Numbered from the stretch's first letter, positions 9,341 to 22,935 are shown. The stretch is DNA of 36,242 nucleotides from Octopus sinensis (GCF_006345805.1 NW_021826224.1:1-36242), one strand, 5' to 3'. Notes: generated by a model from the sequence alone, not told the origin. Numbers and translations are program-made.

Positions 9341-9880
9341 AGTACCTTTAACCTTGACACCGGATCCCGATTGGCTGTGGTGATCCGCAGATGGCCGTGG
9401 TGGTCATAGCGGTGGCTGTGGGGTGTAGGCTTCATGGACACAATGAGGAATATCGCTTGTGGCCGGGCGACGCCGGCTCGGATCCCGCCTTGGTCTTGAG
9501 TGAGGCGTGGGGGATGGTGGAATATACGGGTACAAGCGATGTTGGGGAGGAATAATGACAAGAGGCTGAAAAGCCCCAGTGTTTTAATGTTTATTATGTT
9601 TATTGCATGTTATTGTGTTTAAGAGGCTTAACGCTCCAATTCTTAAATGGACTATTAGTCCAAAAATTGCGAAACTGAAGTAAGAGGTTCATTACCTCAT
9701 TTTGTCTTTTACTGTGAACAAAAAGAAGAGAATAATTTTTTAGAGAAGCAAAAGATCGTCGGGCGTTTTTTGTCTTCTCCCATTAATATCATCCTTATCA
9801 TCATTCACCTCATCAATGATGTCTTTGTCCAGTCCGCAAGCTGCTCTGTATCGTGCTTTTATGGCAAAATCTTTGAAATA

Positions 9881-10248
9881 AAGTAGCTTGCTTACCAACC
9901 ACATGGTTCCGAGTTCAGTCCCACTGTATGGCACCTTGGGCAAGTGTCTTCTACTATAGCCTCGGGCCCACCAAAGTCTTGTGAGTGGATTAGGTAGACG
10001 GAAACTGAAAGAAGCCTGTCGTATATATATAGATATATGTATATGTTTGTGTCTGTGTTTGTTCCCTCACCATCGTTTGACAACCGATGTTGGTGTGTTT
10101 ACGTGCCCGTAACTTAGCCGTTCGGCAAACGTGACCTATAGAATAAGTACTAGGCTTACAAAGAATAAGTCCTGGGGTGGATTTGTTCGACTAAAAGGCG
10201 GTGCTCCAGCATGGCTGCAGTCAAATGACTGAAACAAATAAAATAATC
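9881..10248 (+). mobile_element. SINE family B (5'-truncated)
   Basis: Colinear with the other B copies. Confidence 0.9.
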
Positions 10249-10388
10249 AAAGAACACACACACACACACACACATATGTATATCTCTTAGTTCTTAAGTA
10301 AATAAACAGGAAGTGTATGGGTAAGGTGCCACTCATATTCGGCTTTTACTTTTTCCCCTCTTTGATAATTCTGCCACTCACCGAATAC

Positions 10389-10620
10389 ATATTTCTTTAT
10401 TGCCCACAAGGGGTTAAACATAGAGGGGACAAACAAGGACAGACAAAGGGATTAAGTCGATTACATCAACCCCAATGCGAAACTGGTACTTTATTTATCG
10501 TCCTGAAAGGATGAAAGGCAAAGTCAACCTCGGCGGAATTTGTACTCAGAACGTAACGACAGACGAAATACCGCTAAGCATTTCGCCCAGCGCGCTAACG
10601 TGTCTGCCAGCTCGCCACCC
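10389..10620 (-). mobile_element. SINE family A (CCCCTTGTGGG-tail subfamily)
   Basis: Colinear with the 22936 and 28966 copies. Confidence 0.88.
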
Positions 10621-11062
10621 GCCGAATATATATCATGATGCAACACGCTATGGGACGTGCAGTCCTGTCTCAGAACAATTGGTAAAGTATTTCATAATAA
10701 GAGAGCCCCACCACCAAAGCAAAATCTTTCCCATGATTCATAAATATATTATTGAGTGATCTCAATATTTATAACGAATTGACCATATTTTGTGGGTGTG
10801 CAGCATCCAAGTGGCATAGCCAAAATATAAGCCGCTACAACCCTGATACTAAAAAATGGCAGCGGAAGTCGACACTGATAATCATTCACTTAACTTAAAC
10901 TCATCGCTTTTGCCAGTTATCTGGCTTCGGGTCAAAATTTAACGCTGTATCTAGAAAGTTGACTTTTAGTTTGTTCAAGACAAAAATCTTAGGTTCTGAG
11001 ATATTGAAATTTGACATATCCTTTTCTGAATCTGTTTATCTAATGACTATTTATATTGGGTG

Positions 11063-11450
11063 TGGAGGCACAACGGCCCAGTGGTTAGGGCAGCGGACTC
11101 GCGGTCATAGGATCGCGGTTTCGATTCCCAGACCGGGCGTTGTGAGTGTTTATTGAGCGAAAACACCTAAAAGCTCCACGAGGCTCCGGCATGGGATGGT
11201 GGTGATCCCTGCTGTACTCTTTCACCACAACTTTCTCTCACTCTTACTTCCTGTTTCTCTTGTACCTGTATTTCAAAGGGCCGGCCTTGTCAATCTCTGT
11301 GTCACGCTGAATATCCCCGAGAACTACGTTAAGGGTACACGTGTCTGTGGAGTGCTCAGCCACTTACACGTTAATTTCACGAGCAGGCTGCTCCGTTGAT
11401 TCGGATCAACCGGAACCCTCATCGTCGTTACCGACGGAGTGCTTCCATCC
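11063..11450 (+). mobile_element. tRNA(Arg)-like SINE, family D (possibly octopus OR type), full length with TSD
   Basis: GGCCCAGTGGTTAGGGCAGCGGACTCGCGG..GGTTTCGATTCC; flanked by ATTTA[T/G]ATTGGGTG at 11049-11062 and 11451-11464; second copy at 34207. Confidence 0.88.
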
Positions 11451-11689
11451 ATTTAGATTGGGTGAGAGAAACACGCCATAATCCCTACAGAGACCTCCAA
11501 GCATCATCGGGAACCCTATTATGCAACATATATATAAACCAGTTATTCCACACACCTCCACCTCATTAAAACGTCCATAGCTACACCAAACAAATTCTGT
11601 TAATTGTCTTGTGTTTTTTTGTTTTTATTTACCCAGGCTGTATTTTCGAAAAAAGAAAAAACAACCAAACAAACGAACGAAGAAAAGAA

Positions 11690-12530
11690 AGCAAGAGTGA
11701 TATTTCTCGCATGTAAAATGATCTTAATATCTGAATGAATTCTGGGTATAATGGCATTAACGAAATCTAATGCTGGCTGAAGTAGAGGCTTGGTAACAGA
11801 TGTATAAAACTTCATAATATCATTCAGAAAGAATCCGTATTTCTTTTTATCAATGATCATACTAAACCTATAACAGACAGCTTATTTATTATTTTGTAAC
11901 TGGAATTACAATACTTTTCTCATTCCAAAGATAATAGGATTAAGGATTATTTTTTACTAACTATGCGTAGTTGTGTTTTTTGCAGAGTTGATAAGCTTTC
12001 ACTTCGAGTCACTTGCGATCCTTGAGCGTCATATAGTGGGCAGAGTCCCACGGCTGCTATATTATCGTCTATTTTAAATGCGGATGCGTTCTTCTTAGCT
12101 TCTAGGTTAATAGATTTGTGGGACTTTTTATATATATATATATATTGTTAATACTATAAGTTAATAATCTTCTATAAACATTTCCCCCTGAAATATAGAG
12201 CTTGTTTGTCTTATCGGAATTAAGATATAACAATTCTTGGTTAGCTAAGAAATTTAGTTTGCTCGTTTGTTGGCTCTGGAATTTGCTGCTAAATTTGAGT
12301 AATACGATATTTACTATTAGACTGAATAAATCCGTTTCAAATAATTCTAGATCTTTCTTTGGATGTGGGCAACTATTTATTTTAAATCCATTTTTATTGT
12401 TGGCGTCTGCTTTCGGTTTTCTATTTATCAAATAAATAGGCTATCCACCTCATTTTTATGGAAATTTTGGCTTTATCAACTGAATCATTTAGGTGATATT
12501 TCAAAAAAGGAACAGGAATATTCAGGTGCG
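11690..12530 (-). pseudogene. Penelope-like element ORF fossil (N-terminus to start of RT)
   Basis: Minus strand gives NIPVP..KMRWIAYLF, GFKINSCPHPKKDLELFETDLFSLIVNI, SDKTNKLY, KLINSAK and DIMKFYTSVTKPLLQPALDF..IILHAR, all typical PLE RT-region motifs; many stops and frameshifts. Confidence 0.82.
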
Positions 12531-12707
12531 ACCACTTTGTTTCGGGTTCAGTTCCAGTGGAAATCGGGTCGACCAATGACTACTAAGTGAAATTTTGTAC
12601 ACATACATAAAATATATTTTGGCTGATTTAGCTGATTTTACCAATGTGTTTTTTTTTTACACGAGTGCTTGGAAAAAACATTCTCGGCACCTATCTGAGC
12701 AGCGGGT

Positions 12708-12903
12708 TGGAAAAGTATGGCATTGGCTCTTTGCCGCTGAATGTTTGAAAAGTATGGCATTGGCTCTTTGCCGCTGAATGTTTGAAAAGTATGGCATTGG
12801 CTCTTTGCCGCTGAATGTTTGAAAAGTATGGCATTGGCTCTTTGCCGCTGAATGTTTGAAAAGTATGGCATTGGCTCTTTGCCGCTGAATGTTTGAAAAG
12901 TAT
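12708..12903. repeat. Perfect 37-bp minisatellite, about 5.3 copies
   Basis: Unit GAAAAGTATGGCATTGGCTCTTTGCCGCTGAATGTTT starting at 12710, 12747, 12784, 12821, 12858, partial at 12895; no spacers. Confidence 0.97.
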
Positions 12904-14056
12904 CACGTCCGGTTTGCGTGTGTCGCGAACAGAACGAAAAGAAAAACCGTAAGAAAAAAAAAAAAACTCAGAGGAAAATTTTTTTTATCCGTTAGAGTTA
13001 TGTCACTTGGATGTACTGTGAAAGCGAGATTTTCCGATCCTGCCCTCATTAGCGTAGATATCACTTGGATACATAGCTGTACTTTGGTTCTTTCTGAGAG
13101 AAGGACGTCCAAGGTATCGTGTCGCTCAATATTTACCATTGCTTTATTGAACGTTTTTATCATGCTCTCACCATTACAGAGATTTCAAACTTATTGAATG
13201 AAATCGTTTATATCAAGATGATCATGCATACACTGTAGAATATCAAATAGTTTCTCGGCTTGTGGGATTGTGATATGAAAATAGTCAGCAAAAAACATTA
13301 AAATGAAGTCTTTCAAATTTACCAGTAGATTATCTTTTACTTCATGAATACTTTCTTCTCACCTCCCATTATTATTCATAATATTTTAAAATACTCTTTC
13401 CAAGTTTTCACGTGACTGTTTTGACTGAAACAGTCCTGGGTATTTAGCACCATATTGTGTTACACAGTAATAGAATGCTGATGTATAAATACTTTTCCAT
13501 TTTGTACTTCAAGATGTCAACTTACTAGAGCTGCGTAAATTTGTGACAATACGATAACTCCGTTAACTACCTTAGCACTTCAACTGAAAACTAAGTTAAG
13601 TTTATATGCATAACAATGAAAGAAATCACTGCATTTAAACCATTTGTCCTGCAATATTATTTGTTCCTCTGCCGTTATAGCTTCACCATCGTACGTTTAG
13701 CCAATTTAGTTTTAACATCACTAGATGTGTTCAAGACATTTTCCGATAATTCAAACTAATTTCGACTCACTTTTCCCGTTACTTGTGTAATAAAATTCTA
13801 TAAATTTTAAGATTTAGTTTTCTTCTAGCAAAATGCCAGACGATAACAGAGATCTGGACATGCGCTATACAAGGGGCAGTTTAGTATGCTTGCTCTAAAA
13901 TAATTCCAGTTCGAATTATAGTAGTTACTACACTATCAAATACAGATACAACGATATCTTGTATTGCCCATGAGATCCCGAATGATTTCATGCAGTGAAT
14001 ATAATTTTTATGATTAAGTTAAATGTATTTATTTAGTTTGTGTATTCTAATTTTAA

Positions 14057-14215
14057 CTATGGTTTAATCCACTCTACAGTATCAACATAGCACCGCATCG
14101 CCGGACGCTATCTCTCTCTCATAATAAAAAGATCTTCCCCAATCAGCATAGATATAGTTAAGTATTAAGCAAGAACAATGTCAAGGTCAGTTATAGTATA
14201 AAATTAGTTGGAGTT
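14057..14215 (+). pseudogene. Penelope-like element fragment (RT-to-endonuclease linker)
   Basis: WFNPLYSINIA..FPNQHRYS..SKNNVKVSYS; homologous to 15110-15255. Confidence 0.7.
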
Positions 14216-15086
14216 ACAACAATTATATAAAGAATATTGCATAATATTAGTATTATATATGTATGCCATAGTAGTAACGATGCCATTCCTTAACTCCAGG
14301 TCATCTGTGATCGAGATCTAGAGGTTCTAGAAATGGCCATCTTCTCGTTCTCTTCATAATGTACTGCATTCTAACATATCCTTCTGACTGAAGACGTTAA
14401 TGCGTGATTTAAGGGGGAATTGTCAGTTATTATATTTTTTTATCAGGATGAACAACTGCGTAAAGGTTCCATTTATTGGTATTTGCGGTAGTTGTAACGA
14501 CGGTGGTGTTGGTGGTGTTGAAGTCTTTACTATATACAACAAATCATACTTGGCAACACTGATCTGTTGCCATTGCTTATTGCATCTTATGTTAGGGATT
14601 TTCAGATGTTTTGATTGCTAATGTTGATATAGTTTATACGTTTGACAGCGCTGAGTTTATAAACCTGAGCTACCATCATTAAATTTTATTCATATAACGT
14701 TATTACAAAGAATAAATTTTATCTAATGCAATATTTGAAGTTACAGAATTTAAGAATTAAAGTAATATTTCTTGAGAAATAGTAGATTTTAAAACCATTT
14801 GAAACTTTAAAGATTATTTTTAATATTCTGAGGGAAAATTAGAATGTCCGAGTCAAATTATTTGAAGAGTGAATGAAAGCTTGTTTGTTAATTTCACTGG
14901 TCTACGTTTTTTGAGCGAGAATCTCGCTTTTGAGCCCGAGCAATCTCAATAAGTCAAGAATGAATGCTGTATTCTTAGGCACTTCTCACTGGTTTGACAG
15001 TTCGAGTACTCTAGATAGTTCTAAATAGCTTGCTACTAGAGTTGCAATAAAATAAGACATTCTGAGACTGTTCCCTCAAGAAAAGT

Positions 15087-15695
15087 AATCCCAGAGTCAG
15101 GAAAACGATATGGTTTAATCCACCCAACCGTATCAATGTAGCAATCGACATCGCCAGACGCTTCTTCTCTCTCATAAGAAAGAACGTCCAAAATCAGCAT
15201 AGGTATAATAAAATATTCATCAAGAACACAGACAAGGACACTTATAGCTGTCTTCGCGGTATAGAGTCGCAGATATTGAATTATAACTTGGGATATACTA
15301 ACATTTTAAATTTAGCCCAGCTATACTGCAAATTCAGAAACAGGTTGCAATATCCACTGGAAAATAAATGGCCTTGAGAGAGCACATCTGCAAAGTCAAA
15401 GTCAACAACAGCGAAAATACCATAAAATTGTATATTGGCTTTTGAGAAAATAGTTCTAAGCTATGTTTCACGCGACATTTTTATACAATCCGAAACAGTA
15501 GCATGAGGAATTCTACATCGCTGTCAAAGTATATCTGGAACCCGAAGGATAATGTATAAGCAACCCTACCGTTAAATGGAATATAGTAGGAAAAGAAAGA
15601 GCCTATAACAAACATGGCATAATGTGTACTCTGCGCAAAACCAAAAAATTGAACATCCTGGCTGCAACTAACATTCTGAATTCAGGAGGGGAGAC
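15087..15695 (+). pseudogene. Penelope-like element C-terminal fossil with GIY-YIG endonuclease
   Basis: RKTIWFNPPNRINVAIDIARRFFSLIRK..IFIKNT..YSC, then ICKVKV..IKLYIG..RNSTSLSKYIW..PTVKWNIV..AYN..CTL; stops and frameshifts. Confidence 0.82.
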
Positions 15696-16334
15696 AGCTC
15701 CTCGCCTGCATGCAATAAAGTTCAGCCTGCAAGCATTTAAGCATACTTCTCCAACGGACGAATTCTACGCGTAAACATCATCGACTTCACACTTGTTATT
15801 ATAATCAACATCACTGTTCCATCCCTATTGTCACTACCACTTCCACATTCATCATCACTGCCACCTTCAAAAGAATTAGCAATGCTATTACCATCTCGAT
15901 TATCGCCAATAGAACCGCTACAAGTAGTAGCACACACTCTATAAACATGATCTGTTTTAGGACTCATTGCTTATACGCATACACACATGAACATGCGTAT
16001 GTATAATGATTATATAACAGCAGGGAAACAAGAGTGAACAATATATTTCATTCCTTACGTACGTTTCTAGGGTACGATTTTCACGAGTAACATTTTTTCA
16101 GAAGATAGATTAAAAAACGCAATAATACGCCACAGAAGTGTTTCTGTAATGAGAAACACTAAGAAATAATACAGACACAGTCTTTTTCAAAAGGTTTAAA
16201 TATGGTTGTATTTTGATGAACATATCCTGTGTTATATACAGTATATTTTACTCGCATACGCTTTATTATATGAAACACAGGCCATTTAAAGCTAGACTAA
16301 ATTTACGCACATAAAAAAATTACACATATACGCT

Positions 16335-16450
16335 CTTACACACACAGACACACACAGAGACTCACACAACATATATATAGACATATCGATACTTAATGTA
16401 ATTACTGTATCTAACAGGGCGTCTAGTTCACACGCACATATACACCTTAT

Positions 16451-16503
<53 letters not shown>

Positions 16504-17090
16504 TATATATATATGTATATATAGTATACAAATGTCTCTTGCACTATGCATAATTTGGTTATATTACTAAACTACGCATAATTATGTTGTATTATAATCA
16601 ATACACTATACACTTACGTCATGATATATATCCACAACAGTAATCATACATACATTATTCTGTGTACAATACATGCCATACAATACGCATACGTTAGTTC
16701 GCTTTATACTACTATGTTATCTTGATACTTTACATCATACACACACACACCTTTATATATAATACATCACACACATTAAATGATATGCAGTAGACACGCA
16801 CACATACACACAAAGTGAGTAAGAGAGATAGAGAGAGAGGGATATGTGTGTGAGAGAAAGAACAAATGAGAGAGAGAGAGAGAGAGTGTGTGTGTGTTAT
16901 CAAAGAAAGAAAGAAAGAACGAGAGATAGAGAGAGAGACCAATAAAGAGTATGAAAGGTGGATAAAAGCAAGAATGGAAAATAAGAAATGGAAGAAAAGG
17001 GGGATATACATACATGCTCAAATTCAGACATGCATACATCCAAACATACACGCATATATATATATATACGTATTTATGTATGTGTACATA
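16335..17090. repeat. Dinucleotide microsatellite-rich block ((CA)n, (TA)n, (GA)n)
   Basis: Seen directly; ORFs here are low-complexity artefacts. Confidence 0.9.
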
Positions 17091-17699
17091 TGTAAAATAT
17101 CGATTTCGTATATAAAGATAAGAAGCTAAGACTTCACTTGTAAAAGAGAAAGGGTGATCAGGGCATTTTGTGACATTCAGTCTAAAACGATGATGACTAT
17201 TATGATTACGTAACAAAAAAATTTTTAAAAAGACAAAGCATTTTTGAGTAGGAATGTAGTTGACTAAATTGATCAGAACTTATTTTATCGACTCCGGAAG
17301 GGTAATAGACAAAGTCAACAACAACAACAACAATATCAGCAACAACAATAGTAAGGGTTTTATTATTTTTTTTCTTTTGATTGTACACGATAAGTAAATG
17401 CATAAATATATTAATGATGGTAAGTAACGTGCGATGAGGTGCACTCTGCAATCCAGACGACTCTTGACTCCTGCATTTTCGAAGCTTCAGGTTACAGACG
17501 AACATCAAGATAATAATAATAAGAGGGTTATGCAAAAAAACAAAAAAAAAAAAAACGTAGAACGAGAAAAGGAAATAAGATAAAGAAGGCGAAACGAGAA
17601 GTCGAAACGGCGCAGGAAAAAACAATATAAAGAAGGAAAACAAAAAACAAAAAGAAGAATGAAAAGTAGATGCAGTGGTAAGCGGCAAAATGGTTGCAT

Positions 17700-17722
17700 G
17701 CGTATATATATATATGTATGTG

Positions 17723-17758
<36 letters not shown>

Positions 17759-17776
17759 AGTGTGTGTATGTATAAA

Positions 17777-17817
<41 letters not shown>

Positions 17818-17834
17818 ATATATATATGTATGTG

Positions 17835-17873
<39 letters not shown>

Positions 17874-18084
17874 GTATACATATATATATTTTATTTTATT
17901 TTATTTTATTTTATCTAGTTTCAGCTCACGAGCTGTGCCCATGCTGGGGCACCGCCATTGTATATTGTATATATATATATATATATATAGATATATATAT
18001 ACATGTATATATGTATGTGTAATATATATAATATATATTATATATATATATATATGTATATGTATGTATATATATATATATATC

Positions 18085-18150
<66 letters not shown>

Positions 18151-18163
18151 ATATATGTGTGTG

Positions 18164-18226
<63 letters not shown>

Positions 18227-18270
18227 CAACATCAATCAGCTATATCAAGTAACATATTCTCACACGCATG

Positions 18271-18337
<67 letters not shown>

Positions 18338-18623
18338 CCACCCACCCACAGGCATACAGACACATAGAGGAACATGTCCACATGTCCGCAGCCAGCAAAT
18401 ATCATGTACACAAACTGTAGTGCAAAACGATTTTCTCATGCAGTCATGCTAATATCATCCGGTATACACCGAATTGTATGTGCGTTGCACCATTATATCG
18501 CGTCTCGTACATATATACATACATGTAAATACACGCAAGCACATGCACATTTATATATGTGTATATACATGCATATCTATCTATCTATCTATCTATATAT
18601 CTATCTATCTATCTATCTATCTA

Positions 18624-18682
<59 letters not shown>

Positions 18683-18765
18683 GCCTGCCTGCCTGCCTCC
18701 CTCCCTACCTACCTACCTACCTAATTACATACATACCTATGTATGTATGTATGTATGTATGTATG

Positions 18766-18796
<31 letters not shown>

Positions 18797-18844
18797 ATAT
18801 ATATATATATATAATATATATATATATTATATATATATATATAT

Positions 18845-18845
<1 letters not shown>
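17700..18845. repeat. Large compound microsatellite block ((TA)n, (CA)n, tetranucleotide series)
   Basis: Seen directly. Confidence 0.95.
17889..17956 (-). mobile_element. Short 3'-terminal retroposon fragment related to the family B tail, ending in (TAAAA)n
   Basis: Minus strand GGCGGTGCCCCAGCATGGGCACAGCTCGTGAGCTGAAACTAGA(TAAAA)n. Confidence 0.7.
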
Positions 18846-19135
<290 letters not shown>

Positions 19136-19794
19136 CATAGGAAGGATTTATAAAAAAAAACTATGGAACATATGTTTCTATAATGGACATATAATATGTT
19201 TATACAATAAACGTCCATCATTTCATCAGCAAATATAAAAATATAACTATCGCGTTTGTTATTACAGGTTGAATATATACCATACGGTTGACGAAAAAGA
19301 AAAAAGGAAAAATAAATCCTAAACGAAAAAAATAGAACGAAAAATAGATTATGACGAAACGAAAATGAAAAAGGATGATAGAACATGCATATATTTATAT
19401 ATATGTACACATGTCTATATATTTATGCGTGTGTGCGTATATACATACATGCGTATAAACAGACTGATGTACAAATATAGAGATAAATTTTTCAGTAACC
19501 GCTGTTTATTTATGTGGTTGCTTTGAAATAATGTCGCCAATTCTCAATGAATATTTCCCCAAATTTACGAACAAATTCAAAAGCCTTCCTAGAACAATGT
19601 ATAAGAAATCTACCTTGCTCTACACCGACATCTTTCTAGGGAAAATTATGAAGAACTGAAAAAAGAAATTGTCGAAACACTGATAGTTATAAAGAAGTGG
19701 TAATAGAGTAAAAGCGCTAGTGTGAAGAACGGAAGTGTTGTCAGCCTATGACAGCAAACATTTTCTCGTTCAGTTTCTCTTTCATGACTTTCCT

Positions 19795-19810
19795 CCTTTC
19801 TTTCTTTCCT

Positions 19811-19897
<87 letters not shown>
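19795..19897. repeat. (TTTC)n microsatellite
   Basis: Seen directly. Confidence 0.97.
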
Positions 19898-19999
19898 CAG
19901 TTTTCTTCTCTAGCTTACACATACAACATACATACGCACGCGCGCACGTTCTCAGTCAATATCTGATAGAGAACAATGGATAACCAGTACATATCGGAA

Positions 20000-20022
20000 C
20001 TCTCTCTCTCTCTCTCTCTCAG

Positions 20023-20055
<33 letters not shown>

Positions 20056-20105
20056 ATATCTATCTATCTATCTATCTCCCTATCTATCTATCATCTATCT
20101 ATCTA

Positions 20106-20186
<81 letters not shown>

Positions 20187-20197
20187 GTGTCTGTCTA

Positions 20198-20278
<81 letters not shown>

Positions 20279-20581
20279 GTATAAGCCATATCTTCGTAAG
20301 TTAGGATGCGATTTCAAATACTAAGCAAAGTTGAAAATATATTCTTTGATTTACATTTAAATAGATAAGTGTGTGTACGCGCGAGTATGTATGCAACTGT
20401 GTAGATATACATACGAACATACATAAAAAAAGAAACACACACACACACACGCCCATACACAACACACACATACACACACACGCGCGCCATACACACACAC
20501 ACATACACACACACACATATAATATCACATATATGTATATGTATGCATGTAATATATATATATATATATATAGATATATAT

Positions 20582-20620
<39 letters not shown>
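20000..20620. repeat. (CT)n, (TCTA)n/(TCTG)n, (CA)n and (TA)n microsatellites
   Basis: Seen directly. Confidence 0.93.
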
Positions 20621-20623
<3 letters not shown>

Positions 20624-20974
20624 GCATTTCCTCACAGAGTAGCCATGTCATCTGAGCCTGAACTATTACTGGGTCCTGTACGGTATGTTACACAATCGTA
20701 TCCGATTACTGTAATATGCGAGCATGAAACTTGAAGTATCCCGTGTAAAGCTCCTGTATTCAATAATTGATACATATTTCTCACTGGATCAAGTACATTT
20801 TTGCTAATCTTACCAAGTGAATGGTACACTACAAGCACACACACGCGCGTGCACACACGTGCACACACACCACACACCACACACACACACACACACACAC
20901 GCACACACACACACACTTACACACACATATACACACACCCATTTGTTTCTATTATAAAGCAATTTGGCTCTGTG

Positions 20975-21390
20975 ATAAGTAGCTTGCTTACCAACCAGAT
21001 GGTCCTGGGTTCAGTTGCACTGCGTGGTACCTTGGGCAGCTGTCTTCTGCTATAGCCTCGGGCCGACCAAAGCCTTGTGAGTGGATTTGGTAGACTGAAA
21101 CTGAAAGAAGCCCATCGTATATATGTATATATATGTATATATATGTATATATGTATGTGTGTGTAAATGTTTGTGTGTCTGTGATTGTCCCCCCAACATC
21201 GCTTGACAACCGATGCTGGTGTGTTTACATCCCTGTAACTTAGCAGTTCGGCAAAAGAGACCGATAGAATAAGTACTAGGCTTCCAAAGAATAAGTCCTG
21301 GGGTCGTGTTGCTCGACTAAAGGCGGTGCTCAGCATGGCCACAGTGAAATGACTGAAACAAGTAAAAGAAAAGAAAGAAAAAAAAGAAAT
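20975..21390 (+). mobile_element. SINE family B
   Basis: Colinear with the other B copies. Confidence 0.9.
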
Positions 21391-21757
21391 TGAAGGATTA
21401 CTCAAACCATTTGGTAGAGTACGAATTTATTATTCATTGCCAAGAATACTATTGCTAATAACAAAATAGCTTGGGCCAGCTAAGCCATCATCGGACAGCT
21501 CAATGATTTCGATATATATATGTATATATATATATATGTATATATATATATACGATGAATAGCCTACGCGTAAACCAATTGGTTCGTTTTATTCTCTTAC
21601 TTTATTATTATTATCATCTTATAATCGTCTCATAATAATGACTTTATGACTCGTGTTACTACCTCAGTCAATCTAAATGTATATATTTGTCACTACCTGT
21701 CATAAATAGCCTTTTTCTATCTGCTATATGCATTTTCGTTGATTTTTCATATTTTAC

Positions 21758-21823
<66 letters not shown>

Positions 21824-22230
21824 CTCTTTTACTCTTTTACTTGTTTCAGTCATTTGACTGCGGCCATGCTGGAGCACCGCCTTTAGTCGAGCAAATCGAC
21901 CCCGGGACTTATTCTTTGTAAGCCCAGTACTTATTCTATCGGTCTCTTTTACCGAACCGCTAAGTTACGGGGACGTAAACACACTAGTATCGGTTGTCAT
22001 GCAATGCTAGGGGGACAAACACAGACACACAAACACATACACACACATACATATATACACATATATACGACGGGCTTCTTTCAGTTTCCGTCTACCAAAC
22101 CTACAAGGCATTGGTCGGCACGGGGCTATAGCAGAAGACAGTTGCCCAAGATGCCACGCAGTGGGACTGAACCCGGAACCATGTGGTTGGTAAGCAAGCT
22201 ACTTATCACACAGCCACTCCTGCGCCTTAT
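21824..22230 (-). mobile_element. SINE family B, near full length
   Basis: Reverse complement of the 24175 copy; head GGCGCAGGAGTGGCTGTG. Confidence 0.9.
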
Positions 22231-22935
22231 AAGGGTAAGAACCTGGGAATCCAAGTGGAGGAAGCTTGTAAGCTTCAAGTAGTCCGTCTCAGGACTTCTA
22301 TAGAAAACAAGAAGTAGACTGTGTTGGATCAGCAACAGTAATAATTTATTGGTGTCGATGGTATACTTCTTCCCATATCGAAGTTACGAGGAAAGTCGAT
22401 AAGCTGAAGGTTTCTGTATAGCCCACGGTTAGCAACCCGAGTTCCTACGAATGCGAATAAAAATCCAAATTGAGGGAGTGGAACAAGTAGAATCCGGACT
22501 ACATATGTTTCTTGGTTAGCTAATCATCTGATGTAATAATCACTCAATGAGCAGTACTCAACTTGGTGAATCATCAGGCCTAGAACACCTTAATTACACG
22601 AAGGTGACATTGCCGCTTAGAATTTTCAAGTTAACTCGCTGCAAATTTGATTTGAAATGAATAGCGAAGATGGAAGATTAGAATGGAAAACAAATGGTTG
22701 AAGAAATAAATGCTCAAGAAGAAAGAAAGGGAAAGATGAGGTCAAATATGTGGGAGTGGGAGTCGTATAACTTTGACAGGAATGAAGAAAAGGAGAGGGG
22801 GAAGAAAGAGGGTGGAAACAGGAGCAGATAGTTGCTGTCTTTGAGGGGGAAGAAATGATTGCCATAAATATTTAATTGCAATGGGAAGAGAATGGCTGAT
22901 CCCGAGATATGAAATTATTAGCAGATAATTGGGGC

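Noticed and set aside
8488-9561. Minus-strand ORFs of 161 and 155 aa
   Set aside because: Antisense to the L1/Tx1 ORF1 fossil.
9740-9875. Minus-strand coding exon DFAIKARYRAACGLDKDIIDE ending GAG|GTGAAT
   Set aside because: Weak acceptor abutting a SINE, unrecognised peptide, no supporting neighbouring coding exons.
11063-11140. tRNA-Arg gene (also the tRNA-like heads of families A-C)
   Set aside because: A/B boxes are present, but the sequence continues into a multi-copy SINE body with TSDs and has no proper acceptor stem.
12708-12903. CRISPR array (37-bp repeat)
   Set aside because: Units are directly adjacent with no spacers, there are no cas genes, and the context is eukaryotic.
21553-21586. 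Hammerhead-like CGATGAA..GTAAACCAATTGGTT
   Set aside because: Has a palindromic stem III-like part, but C3/U4 and GAAA are broken and there is no convincing stem II or stem I.
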